From Octopus sinensis (taxonomy: Eukaryota), in the NCBI RefSeq assembly GCF_006345805.1, contig NC_043000.1, positions 46,562,001 through 46,626,000 on the forward strand: 64,000 bases of DNA. Reading direction: 5' to 3'. The notes beneath the pieces were generated by a model, which had not been told where the DNA came from, searched no databases, and saw nothing but the letters and a program-made list of their open reading frames with translations. Made by a program: the position numbers and the translations under genes. Below, piece after piece: positions 12,553 through 25,082 of the stretch. Positions within the stretch are counted from its first letter, which is position 1. Each line of letters begins with the position of its first letter.

Positions 12553-14981
12553 CAAAAGTTACATGGTATTTTGTTCATTGTACTCTACAAGTTATGCCAT
12601 TTATCTCCTTTTTAGCCATATTGATAATGTCAAGAGCTATATTATTAACCTTTCATTTCATGACTGCTACTAAATTTTATTATTCACAAAAGAAATGGCA
12701 AATTTAAGGTGAGGTTGATTTGAGTATGTTACATGCAAGGAAGCAACCGAGTGCCACAAAGAATGTAGTCTCTCACAGTTTATCAATGTTGCTATTTGGT
12801 GCCTTTATAATTTATTTAAAATAATAATTTTTAATTAGTACAAGAAAACTAGTAAATTAGTTGAGTCATTAAAGTGTCAGATATATTGCCTTGCAGTATT
12901 TTGTTCCCAATCTTTGCACTCTAGGTATCAAGTTCAACTTGCTTTTCACCCTTTCAGATCTGAGGATGTAGACTAGTACTCATTGTCTTTTAGAATTTTC
13001 CACATTGCGTCATAAAAAGTGTCTAGGTAGGCCATTTACAATATCTCTTTCACCTGAAATAGAAAAGTATTGAATGAGAGGACAGCAACGATTTCTGATA
13101 GTAAAGAAAATTCCAAGAATGGACCAATGGGTAACACAGTATAGAATGAAAGTAAAAATATAAAAAGAACTGATATGAATCGATGAAGCTTGGATTATTG
13201 TGGTAATTTATTATATCAGTCCTAGTACTTAGCTGTTATTTATTTTATTAACTTCAGTGGGACTCAGTGTCGACAATCAGATAATATTATTTTCTTAATC
13301 ACACAAGCCCATATATTTTTTGTGAAGTGGGATAGTTATACTTTATAACCCCAACCCCAGTAATTGACTGATATTTATTTATTGGAAAATGAGAAACAAT
13401 GTCGAAGTTGATATGCTAGACATTTAAAAACGTTTTTTTATTCTTCAAATGTTCTACCAAAATTTCTATACATGGTCTTTATGATACGAAATAATAATAA
13501 TTTCTAAATAAGATTGGAAGTTAGCAAAATGAAGGAAGAGGGTTAGTCAATACCCTTGAACTCCTCTCTACCTAATCGATACTTTATTTTATCAACACTG
13601 AAAGGATGAAAGGTAGAATTAAGTTTGGCAGGAATTGAACTAAGAACATATTGAGCTAGAAGAAATATCACAAAGCATGTTGTCCAAAGCTCCAATAATT
13701 CTGCTAATCAACCACCCTCATAATTTGAGATAATAATATTTTCTAATATTAGCCCAAAGTACATATTCGTTAGGGATAACATATGTGACTATATTGATCC
13801 CAGTGCAACACTGGTGCTTGTTTTATCAACCCTCAAAAGATGAAAAGTAAAATTGAACTTAGATCATATAAGAAATAATACTGATAACACGAAATATTTT
13901 GACTTCAAATGAAGATCAGTGAACAAGTTTGCTTATATAAGAAACATCTACTGTTGGATCATAAATGATAACTAATGCGCTATGTCTATTTAGATAAACC
14001 ACTGTAGCAAGTTTTAGTTTAAAAGGTGTTTATTACAAACAGAAGCTTCAGAGAAAGTTTAAACACATACTTAAGTCACTTTAGGATATCCATTAAATAC
14101 TAAGTAATGAAAACTAGATGTGGTAGCATGCAATTTGATGTGTATCTTTGAGCTAAGCTGGTGTGCTGAAGTAATCTAGCATAGAAAAGAAATACAATAT
14201 AAATCAATATACGAAGAACCAGTTGGAATCTTTCAATAGTAAAAGTTGTGATAATTTGTTTTTAATGTATTTATTTAATATTTGTTTTATTTATATATTT
14301 GTTTCATTCTTTATTTTTGTTTTGTAATGAAAGCAAGGAAAAAATATGAGGTGTGAAATTTATTGCTTTTGTGAAATGTTCCTTTGTGTTGAAGACTAAT
14401 GTTTATACTTCTACTCCCATTTCAATGTGTATGTATGTGTGTATGATACGTGTGCAGAAACATGCTGTTAAACATATATGCACACCTGTTTTATTGACAC
14501 AGGGCTGCATGTGTTGTCGCTCTTTCTCTCTAAGTGTAAAGTTATTGATATTGTTGCATAGTACAATATAAATCATCATCAGAGACCAGTTTAATGATTT
14601 CAGTAGAAGGCTACCAAATTTGGCTGAGGGCAGAGTAAATTAAACTGATCCAGTACTTATTTGACTAATATTTCCATTATCAACACCAGAAGGTTGAAAG
14701 GCAAATTCAACCCCCAGTGAGATTTGATTTCAGAAAATTAAAGGACGCAACTAAATACCATTAGGGTGTTTTGTCCATTTCTCAACCAGTCTTGCAATCC
14801 ATCAAACTAATGTATTTAGTTTTCTTCCTCTCGTGACTTGCATTGGAAGCAATGTCTTTCAAAGATAATATAATACCTGAAGTTACTGCTTTTCACAAGA
14901 AAACTTTGGTTATTGGGATTTATACCATTATTCTACTCTTAAAATACAAATAATATTATAAGTCGCTCTGGGTTTGGCTGC

Positions 14982-15024
14982 TCTACATAGATAAGGGGGA
15001 AATACCCCGAAACTAGTCTGTAGA
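14982..15024 (+). ncRNA. Degenerate minimal type I hammerhead
   Basis: tctaca-[tagataa]-g-gggg-aaata-cccc-gaaa-ctagtc-tgtaga. Stem I (6 bp), stem II, palindromic stem III (actagt) and the GUC site are intact; CUGAUGA carries 3 substitutions. Confidence 0.6.
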
Positions 15025-16552
15025 TGCCTGACCAGCAAGAGGAAGTGGCTGACCTCCCCTGCTCGAATGTTATAATGGACACAGGTTCATGTGTCACATA
15101 GCTAGCTAGAGGTGATGGCTAGCTAGAGGAGCATTTGTCCTATTTTCCTGGACTGCCATGTTAGCTTTGCGATAATTATTAATAAGTATTATAAGTTTTG
15201 TTTAAGATTCCCAGCTGTAGTCTCTGCTTGAATAAGCTTGGGAGACACCAGTATCAATGGCTTAAATCCAGTAAATCCTATACTTTCAATTCTTTTTATT
15301 CTTTCTATTGAAAACTGTGGTAAACCAATGAATTTGAAGATCTAATTTAGGATAACACAGTTATTTGATATAGAATTTAGTTTTCGTTTTAGGTTTAGAA
15401 TTATATTAATTCCATACAAATCAAAGATGCTTCATAGGACTGATACTTTATTTTCTTGATAACCAAGAAAGGATGATAGCAACCTTGGCTGGACTTGTAC
15501 GCAAAATATAAAGGGCCATAAAAATACTTCAAGATATTTCTTCTTTTACAGAGCTAGAAGATTGATAAGGCAAACCATTCTGGTACTCTACTTTACAAGT
15601 TCAGACCTTAAATGCTTCACTCAGTTTCTGGCATTGTGATACCTTCACTAGTAAATATATTGTTTTGAACATTATAAGTTCTCTATTCCATTTCTGATGA
15701 TCATCTTATATTGTGAATCAGAGCATCAATCACAATGCCAGGTACCACCTGAAGCATTTACAGCTGTGAACAAGACACAGAGCTCTGGATTGGCTTTCTT
15801 TTTGAACTGTCCTGGTATGTCAGCTCTCTAAGTTGACAAAATATTAATTACTATAGTCCTTTACATACAGAATTCCCATCGCAACAATATCAACAGTGTT
15901 ATTCATCCTTTTGGGATTCATAAAAGAAAGTACCAGATAAATTACAGAGTCAATATATTTGATTATATCTCTGCTTCAAATGTGAGATATTGTATCTGTG
16001 TTAAACACTAATTAGCATGGCCCTTTATCACCTGTGTTCAAGTTAAAGACTGGTAGAATTGATATCACACTTGATATAATTTACAGTGACATTCATTCCA
16101 GGTTTATATTATGTGATTGTGTCAGTGTTTGTTCATATTTATGTTCATTTGTCCGTACTCACGTGTGTTGCATAAATGTGTTATCTGAGGCATTGTTTAC
16201 AGCTGCAGCCCTTCTAAGCGTTAACCTCTTACCTGTTTTAAAGTAAGACAGCTCTTATTCCACTTGGCTTTGAATCCCTAAATTGAATGGATTATTTATT
16301 AACAGCAAAACTACCAAATTATATGCACACAAACACACACAAACATACACACATACATACACACCCAACAAAATGGCACCTAAGTGATCTTCACATGTTT
16401 TTGCTGTTTTTTTACAACCTTTTCTAACCCCATCCACATTGTCCTTCTGTTTATCTTCTTCTCCCTTTTTATCTCATTCTCTTCATCCTATGAAGGGCTT
16501 ATGTCTGAAACATTAAATACATCTCTATTTCTCTGAGCATTAAACTGATATA

Positions 16553-16950
16553 TCTTTATATATAAAAGTAAGGTTGTGTGCTGTCTGTCTCCTACGATTT
16601 AGATTCCTAACTACTCCCACATTTTGCGGTGCAGTTTAACGAAAACCGGGTATCTTATAGCCGTGATTCATATCGAGCCCTTCTGGGTAATAGCGCACGT
16701 CTACGATGAGTCTACGATTTAAAAAAAAATTTACCATCAGTTTTTTCCATTTTTAATGCATTTTTGGCATTTATAAGGGAAGTAACTCTCTAAAAATTTA
16801 TTATTAAATCTCAGAACGTAAAAAGCTACAGTAACACCCCCCCCCTTTGTGGTTAGCCATATTAAGATGGCTATTATACTTTACATCTCTAAAAATGCTT
16901 ATATAGTTATTTACCTTACAAACCCGAGCAACGCCGGGCGATACTGCTAG
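16553..16950 (+). mobile_element. Non-autonomous Helitron
   Basis: A|TC 5' end (tctttatatataaa), 3' hairpin cccgagcaacgccggg and CTAG|T end. The 3' end is nearly identical to that of 61911-62299. Confidence 0.85.
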
Positions 16951-16969
16951 TGAACTATAAATGTATCTA

Positions 16970-17012
<43 letters not shown>

Positions 17013-17030
17013 ATATATATATATATATAT

Positions 17031-17888
17031 AATTAATCAATATAGGGTGGCAAAAAATTTTGTAGAATTTATTTGCCACCAGCGGCCTAGTGGGAAAAAA
17101 ATTAAATAGTCATAGACCATTTATAAGTTCAACATCACAATCAAGGAATGGCCATAATAGGCCAATCACCCACTAGAAATAACAGCCAAAGCTTCAACCG
17201 CAAAATAACATTAATTCCGCAAACCAGGAGAAAATTAAAAAAAAAAAACATTTACCCTGTAATTTCTTATACGATGCACCGTTTCATCTATTGTTTAATG
17301 GTAAACTAACCTGATTAAATTAAATCAAGCCAATCTTCCATAGGCCGATAGATTCGTCAGTAAGAAACAGCCAGATCCGAGCAGATATTATCACGAGGCA
17401 CCTTTATCCCTGCCTCGGCAATATCTGACCTAAAATTTTCAAATCATCGCACTCGCGCCAAATTTATCGGCAGCAAATATAAGCCGCCGATTCCATTACG
17501 GAATTAACCAGAAAATTCATAATTAATCAATATAGGGTGGCAAAAAATTTTGTAGAATTTATTTGCCACCAGCGGCCTAGTGGGAAAAAAATTAAATAGT
17601 CATAGACCATTTATAAGTTCAACATCACAATCAAGGAATGGCCATAATAGGCCAATCACCCACTAGAAATAACAGCCAAAGCTTCAACCGCAAAATAACA
17701 TTAATTCCGCAAACCAGGAGAAAATTAAAAAAACATTTACCCTGTAATTTCTTATACGATGCACCGTTTCATCTATTGTTTTTTTAATTTTCTCCTGGTT
17801 TGCGGAATTAATGTTATTTTGCGGTTGAAGCTTTGGCTGTTATTTCTAGTGGGTGATTGGCCTATTATGGCCATTCCTTGATTGTGAT
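17031..17888 (-). mobile_element. Young retrozyme-like element: 490-bp unit, about 260-bp second copy, then a 110-bp inverted copy
   Basis: 17031 onward repeats at 17521-17781, identical apart from an A-run length. 17779-17888 is the reverse complement of 17624-17733. Both ends abut (TA)n. Confidence 0.8.
17263..17367 (-). ncRNA. Intact type I hammerhead ribozyme
   Basis: Minus strand: UUUCUUA CUGACGA AUCUAU..(56 nt)..AUAGAU GAAA CG-gugcau-CG UA UAAGAAA. Stem I 7 bp, stem II 6 bp, near-palindromic stem III. Predicted cleavage after GUA, between 17270 and 17269. Confidence 0.85.
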
Positions 17889-18057
17889 ATATATATATAT
17901 ATATATACATGTATACACATGTGTGTGTTTATATATGTGTGTGTGTGCGTGTGTGTGTGTATGTGTGTGTGCATATATGTACATGTATGTATATATATGT
18001 ATGTAAGTATATATATGTGTGTATATATATGTATATATATGTATATAATATATATAT

Positions 18058-18248
18058 GATAGATCGGTAGCCACTACACATTTTTTCTCTCTTTGTTTTT
18101 CTCCTTGTTTCTTTCTGTCTTCCTTTCTGTGGAAGAGCGTAGGCTCAAAACATAAAAGACTTTTTCAATTCCCAAGCATTATACTCTTACATCTGTTTGT
18201 TTTCTACACCACCTGTCTTCGTCGTGTATTTTTTTCATGAATTCTCCC
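18058..18248 (+). mobile_element. Short PLE-like element with a variant minimal hammerhead, related to 56890-57086
   Basis: 18123-18158 reads cttt-ctgtgga-a-gagc-gtag-gctc-aaaa-c-ata-aaag. Flanked by (TA)n. Confidence 0.6.
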
Positions 18249-18266
18249 TATATATATATATATATA

Positions 18267-18677
18267 TTTTTACTTTTTACTTGTTTCAGTCATGTGACTG
18301 TGTGACCATGCTGGAGCACCGCCTTTAATTGAGCAAATCGACCCCAGGACTTATTCTTTGTAAGCCTAGTACTTATTCTATCGGTCTCTTTTGCCGAACC
18401 GCTAAGTTACGGGGACGTAAACACACCACCATCGGTTGTCAAGCGATGTTGGGGGGACAAACGCAGACACACGAACATATACACACACATATATATATAT
18501 ATAATATATATATATATATACATATATACGACGGGCTTCTTTCAGTTTCCATCAACCAAATCTACTCACAAGACTTTGGTCGGCCCGAGTCTATAGTAGA
18601 AGACGCTTGCCCAAGGTGCCTCGCAGTGGAACTGAACCCAGAACCATGTGATTGGTAAGCAAGCTACTTACCACACA
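18267..18677 (-). mobile_element. tRNA-derived SINE (family A) with an internal CA/TA microsatellite
   Basis: Matches 19499-19920 (+), 33595-33998 (-), split copy 29817-30515 (+), and partial copies at 36540-36755 and 28141-28270. Confidence 0.9.
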
Positions 18678-19498
18678 ATATATAATGCCTATACATATCT
18701 TTCTCTGGTGTATATTTATCAAGTTGAAATATGTAAATATTAGTAAGATAGCTGGGAAAACACTTGTTTGTTATTTGTTCCACATGAAGTTGTGCAGACA
18801 ATCCTTTGTGTCTCTTCTCATCAGAGATTCAGTGAAGCAATGAGTGAGACATTAAAGATTTGTATGTAGCAACACTGCCATTCTTAATAGGCTTTCATTG
18901 CGATATTAAATGTTTAGAAAAACAATAAATGATTAAACACCTCCACATTTTACAACAAGCACAAATGCATACATACACATACATGCAACTAACTCAAAAT
19001 TAATGAGATGGAATTTTGTCATTTCACTTTTTAATAACACTATGTAACAGGATTTTTGTCCTTGGGTAGCAACTGTTATTTCTCATTTACCTATCCCTAG
19101 AAAGTATGAAAAATGGCTAATATTTCCTTCAAACTTTACTCTTGTTACATTGATTCAAACCCCAAAGAATCCATCCCTCTCAACACATGGCTATGATGCT
19201 CTGAAATACTTCTTCTCATGATCGGAGACATACATATCGTCAGCCACTAAGGGACATGTTCAAATGATTAACTGAGAAGCAAATCTGTGGTATTGAGCAG
19301 AATATTTGCTATAACTCTGCCCTAAATCTGTCTGAAATGTAATGGAAAATTGGTCAGTTCCAAAACATTGATGTCCAGGTCACAAAGGCAAAGTTTGAAA
19401 GGAATAATAGTCATTTCCTTTGATTTCTGAACAGAAACATATAGGAAATAACACTTACTGACCAAAGACAAAAAGAAATAAAAATTTTGTTACACAAT

Positions 19499-19920
19499 AG
19501 GCGCAGGAGTGGCTGTGTGGTAAGTAGCTTGCTAACCAACCACATGGTTCCGGGTTCAGTCCCACTGTGTGGCATCTTGGGCAAGTGTCTTCTGCTATAG
19601 CCCCGGGCCGACCAATGCCTTGTGAGTGGATTTGGTAGACGGAAACTGAAAGAAGCCTGTCGTATATATGTATATATATATATGTATGTGTGTGTGTTTG
19701 TGTGTCTGCGTTTGTCCCCCTAGCATTGCTTGACAACCAATGCTGGTGTGTTTACATCCCCGTCACTTAACGGTTCAGCAAAAAGAGACCGATAGAATAA
19801 GTACTGGGCTTACAAAGAATAAGTCCCGGGGTCGATTTGCTCGACTAAAGGCGGTGCTCCAGCATGGCCACAGTCAAATGACTGAAACAAGTAAAAGAAA
19901 TAAAAGAAATAAAAGAAAAA
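19499..19920 (+). mobile_element. tRNA-derived SINE (family A), full length
   Basis: Head ggcgcaggagtggctgtgtggtaag..ggttcagtccc, block cttgggcaagtgtctt, and (TAAAAGAAA)n tail. Confidence 0.9.
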
Positions 19921-19989
19921 TGTAATCTAAGCAATTACTAGCATCTATTTAGAAATACTATGTATGGGACCTATAGATTGTATTATGGC

Positions 19990-20330
19990 AACCTCTGCTT
20001 CCTTGTTTGAGGATTCAGGTGTATCCTTAATTATGTCTCTTCAGTTATTTCTTCCAGGTATTTGAACTACTGAAGTTTCTCTGGTTTCTGTCCTTGTACA
20101 GAGATGTCGGCTGAGATGGCATTTGTCATAACTTTGTATTTTTCAGTGATTCTATTCCTGAACTTGATGGAAGCGCTTTTGAGGTACTTGACTAATTCAA
20201 TCATTTCATCTTCTCTTCTTGCCAGTCCATCAGTGTCAACAAATTTTAAAGTTTTGGTGCTTCTCTCTTTTGATGTTAAAATTATCTTTGAGAGCATCAG
20301 TCATTATCTGCTCCAGGAACATGCTTAAAT
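19990..20330 (-). mobile_element. RTE-clade LINE RT fragment
   Basis: MFLEQIMTDAL..TLKFVDTDGLARREDEMIELV..EKYKVMTN..ISVQGQKPEKLQ*FKYL resembles the RTE motif LRFADDIDGLAG..KTKVM..QFKYLG. Confidence 0.8.
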
Positions 20331-20946
20331 GAATGGAAGTTAGCAGAGTAAATGATAATGGTAAAAAAAATTATTGAAACACCATTAACATCATCATCAT
20401 CATCACCATCAATATTCTCTTACATTCCTCATCCCATTTTCATCCACCTTACTTCATTTTCCTCATCTCCCTTCTATTAAATAGGTTTTCCCATGCTGAC
20501 ATGTGTGGAATGGGTTTACTGATGCCGAGTTTCATGAACAGATATGCTTCATGCCACCAAATCATCTAGTCACCCATGATACGTAGGAATACAGTGTATC
20601 TATTTTAAACCTAAAACACAATAAATGATTAAACAAATAAATAAATAAACATATAAATAAAAGTAAAAGTAAAGTAAATATGTAAATGCAACAAATATAT
20701 ATACAGTACTGTGCTAAAGTCATCAGCCACTTTAAACTATTGTAAATTTCTACTAATTGCCAACTTGTAAGAGATTGTTTCATGTTGCATTTTTTACAGA
20801 TGGAACATTGGCCCTGCTGGAGTCATTTCCATACCTAATCATTATATTTTGTAGTAGAGGTTCTGAACGAGAGGGAAAGATGCAAGACAACCACCAAAAA
20901 TGACCGTGCAAAATTTCTAGCCACCTCACATTACCTAATCATGATA

Positions 20947-21365
20947 CAGTGTTTTAAAACAGAAAAATGTCTATAATGAAAATTTATTACATAATGTTCA
21001 TTTCAAGAAGTTACTGTACATTGTTAATATTTCATGTGGCTTGCCTTATCTTGAATAATTGTTTCACTGTGCCTGGGAAGAGATGCATACAAATCCCTCA
21101 CCTTCTTCACAGGTATGAGATACCATTCTCTGTAGCTGAGCTCCCACAACTCTTCAAGAACTCTTCTTTTCAGATCTGTCCACATTTGCTCTGTGATATT
21201 TAAGTCAGAGCTCTGAGCTGGCCAATCTTTCAATACGGTAACACCTTTGTCAAGCCAGACTCTGTTGTGTTGCATGTGATCTGTGGCATGATTGTTCCAT
21301 CATGCTGACAAATTTCACCTTCATCCAAGTCTGGTATCAAATTGTCCTTGAGCAACTGGATGTAT
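20947..21365 (-). mobile_element. Tc1-like (DD34E) transposon, 3' fragment
   Basis: QHDG..WLDKGVTVLKDWPAQSSDLNITEQMW..LKRRV..IPVKKVRDLYASLPR..KASHMKY; ends in a TA-CAGTG terminus at 20945-20951. Confidence 0.85.
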
Positions 21366-21475
21366 TTACAACTTAAAGTAAACAATAAATAGCAAAATGC
21401 TGAATACATCTATTACCCATGCACAAACACACACACACACACACATACATACACACACCCCACATATATATATAT

Positions 21476-21515
<40 letters not shown>

Positions 21516-21519
<4 letters not shown>

Positions 21520-21740
21520 GCCGATGCCAGACCCCTCTGGCACCTGTGCAGGTGGCACGTAAAAAACACCCACTACACTCGCGGAGTAGTTGGCGTTAGG
21601 AGGGCATCCAGCTGTAGAACACTGCCAGACTAGACTGGAGCCTGGGGCAGTCCCTAGCTCCCCAGACCCCGGTCGAAACCGTCCAACCCGTGCTAGCGCG
21701 GAAATGCACGTTAAACGATGATGATGATGATGATGATGAT
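21516..21740 (+). mobile_element. RTE-tailed SINE (family C) ending in (GAT)n
   Basis: Shares cccactacactc..gttggcgttaggagggcatccagctgtagaa..ccaacccgtgctagc..gttaaacgatgatgat with 38843-39210, 49025-49318, 43197-43600 (-) and 25100-25260 (-). Confidence 0.85.
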
Positions 21741-21867
21741 ATAACATATATATATACATACACACACATTTATACATATATATATACTATATATACATAT
21801 ATATATATAATATATATACATATACATATATATATATACATATACATACATATATATATACATATAC

Positions 21868-21899
<32 letters not shown>

Positions 21900-21930
21900 A
21901 GCGAGAAAGAAGCAACAAGAATGGATAGGT

Positions 21931-22019
21931 TTTTAGTACAATCGTTTCATACAAGGACAGGCTTTTAAAAGTTGTAAAAATTACAGCATATAAACGTGTC
22001 CCGTACTCATCAGCTAAAA
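21931..22019 (-). ncRNA. Type I hammerhead ribozyme (left-arm copy)
   Basis: Reverse complement of 24219-24309 with the same core. Confidence 0.7.
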
Positions 22020-24218
22020 TACATGTGAGTTCTCTAGACATCTAGTGGTTGAGGCTATACTCATGAAGTAATGTAGATAATTAAGTCACATAAACAGATT
22101 TCCAAAGTTCATTAAAGTTCTTTAAAGATGATGTACAGTCTTATCACAGAATTTTAAAAAGTTCTAATAGCATCACAGAGAAGGTGACTAATCCATAGAG
22201 CACATATAAATTTCCAGAGATATTGATGGATTACATACTCACAGAAGACAATTTATCCATTGTTAATCACAACGAGGTGGGCTCAATTCCTGCTTATTAG
22301 CATTACAGAGAGGGTGAATTAATCCTTTGTATAGATGCACAATTTCCAATGGTGTAGATGTAAGTTTCCAGAAAATGAGAGGAATTTCATATTCACAGGC
22401 GATAAATTTATCAATGGTTGAACACAATGAGGTAGGTATCAAAACTTGTTATATGATTAGGTATTTGCTGCATTAATCACATTACTGCTATTTACAAGAG
22501 GCTGTAGCTATTTAACTTTTAAAGGCTGAAGGGCTTTCTAGAGGGCAAGAATAGAAAGGGAAGGGAATAGAAGAAAAGAGAGAAAATAAAGGAGGAGGGA
22601 GCAAAAAAAGGGGGGGGGAAAGGGGACTAAAAGAGAAGAGAAAAGGAAAAAGAGAATAAGAAGAAGAAACAGAAAAAAGAGAAAAGAGAAAGAAATGGGA
22701 AAGAAGGGAAAAAATAAAAATAAAAAAGAGGGTTCTAGTTATACAGACGAATTAGTAGACGGCAAGTCTGGTTTTAATTTACAGGCATCTAGGAACTAGA
22801 GGAGAATATTATTCTTTGGCCAGTAACAGCTAATTAATTGCTGTTGAAATCAGCTATGAATTAAAGAGATCTAAAGAGATAACACAGTCGGGGTTTAGGG
22901 TCAGATGCTAAACAAAGAAAATACATTAGGAAAATCTAAGTATAATCTTATCAAAAAGTTAATAAAACTTACTTATTTAATTTATTCATTTTATTGTCTT
23001 AAGGAGTTGCCGTTATTATTCATACATTGACGGACTACAGTCAAATCTTAGAAGATCATTTAAAGGTGTAAGGGGATTGTCTATCATAATGAAGATAATC
23101 ATATTATCACCGAGGGGTAGCCTTATTTATTTAATTTTGAAATAGAATTATGGGGCTATAGTATCTCATTTTATTTTATTAGAGTTATGCTACTTAAATT
23201 AGATTAAGTTAGGAATTAAAATTAAAAATTACAATTAAGATTTAAAATTAAGAATTTAAAAATTATGAGTTTGAAATTAAATAAAGCCTCAATTAAGCAG
23301 CGTATAAGTACTATTCATTTCCCTGTTCTCAAAAAACTGATGCAGATATAAGGAAAAAGATAACTGTAGTGTGAGAACTCTTAGTTATCTACTTAAAGCA
23401 GTGCTATACTATAGAAATCAAGTTATATCTATCTATCTAGTTACGGATATTCTAATCATTTAAAATATTTTAAAGTCTTCAATTTAGCGTGGACACAAAC
23501 TTGACCTAGTTCGATATGATTATTCAATAAGTTACTATGTTTTCTATGCTTTAGATTTCATACGTCTCCATGGAGCATAGTTGGCAACCAACCCTACTAT
23601 TTTTATACGGAATTGCTCTCCTAACTATTTCCCAATTAAGGTTATAATTTTTATATTATTTTTGAGTTCCCAAATTTTGTTTGAAAGTGTGGTGGTACCA
23701 GCCCTTCAGCCTTTAAAAGTTAAATAGCTACAGCCTCTTGTAAATAGCAGTAATGTGATTAATGCAGCAAATACCTAATCATATAACAAGTTTTGATACC
23801 TACCTCATTGTGTTCAACCATTGATAAATTTATCGCCTGTGAATATGAAATTCCTCTTCATTCTCTGGAAACTTACATCTACACCATGGAAATTGTGCAT
23901 CTATACAAAGGATTAATTCACCCTCTCTGTAATGCTAATAAGCAGGAATTGAGACCCACCTCGTTGTGATTAACAATGGATAAATTTGTCTTCTGTGAGT
24001 ATGTATCCCTCATCATATCTCTGGAAATTCATATGTGCTCTAGTGATTAGGTCACCTTCTCTGTGATGCTATTAGAACTTTTTTAAAATTCTGTGATAAG
24101 ACTGTACATCATCTTTAAAGAACTTTAATGAACTTTGGAAATCTGTTTATTTACTTATTATCTACTTACTTCATGAGTATAGCCTCAACCACTAGGATGT
24201 CTAGAGAACTCACATGTA

Positions 24219-24309
24219 TTTTAGCTGATGAGTACGGGACACGTTTATATGCTGTAATTTTTACAACTTTTAATAAAGCCTGTCCTTGTATGAAACGATT
24301 GTACTAAAA
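24219..24309 (+). ncRNA. Type I hammerhead ribozyme (right-arm copy)
   Basis: UUUUAG CUGAUGA GUACGGGACA..UGUCCUUGUAU GAAA CGAUUG UA CUAAAA. Stem I 6 bp, extended stem II, stem III one change away from the palindrome ACGAUCGU, GUA site. Confidence 0.75.
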
Positions 24310-24854
24310 ACCTATCCATTCTTGTTGCCTTCTTCTCGCTTATAATCACCACCCCCATTACTGTATTGTTAAAACAGTATAGTTTTTTTTTTTGGGCATC
24401 TAAGTTAGGTACCATATTCAAGTAAATTCATTTAAATTAACTTGAATCTTTATTGCTTTTTGAATATATATATATATATATATAATATATAGATGGGTTA
24501 GCTTACTCTGACCCTATAATTATATAAATGCATACTCTATATTCTGATGATTAGTTTGTTAGTTCTGTTTTTCACCAACCTTGTATACAGGTTTGGCCAA
24601 AAGTCACCCGACAGTAAATCAAGATTCCCTAAATACTATCTGTCATTCTATATTGACGAACGAAAAAGTGTCACTCAAGAAGGACTTCAGTTTGAACAAT
24701 TTTTTTGATGTTTCATATTTAGATGCTTTTATTAAAATCAATCAGTTGTTATACATAAATAAATCTTGGAATTAAATGGTTTTGATTTACTGTCAGGCGA
24801 CTTTTGGCCAACTCTGTATATGGGAATTCACATACATGTTTATTTATACCTATT

Positions 24855-25082
24855 TCTTTATTACCCACAAGGGGCTAAACATAGAGGGGACAAACATGGA
24901 CAGACATAAGTATTAAGTCGATTTTATCGACCCCAGTGTATAACTGGTAGTTAATTTATTGACCCCGAAAGGATGAAAGGTAAAGTCGACCTCGGCGGAA
25001 TTTGAACTCACAACGTAACGGCAGCCGAAATACCGCTAAGCATTTCTCCTGACGTGCTAACGATTCTGCTAGCTCGCCGCCT
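24855..25082 (-). mobile_element. SINE family B copy
   Basis: Matches 6871-7100. Confidence 0.85.

Larger units (their letters stand above)
21897..24344. repeat. About 640-bp inverted repeat (21897-22535 / 23700-24344) around a 1164-bp spacer; each arm carries a hammerhead
   Basis: The arms align as reverse complements along their full length. Differences are mostly 1-nt indels and adjacent-base swaps. Confidence 0.9.
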
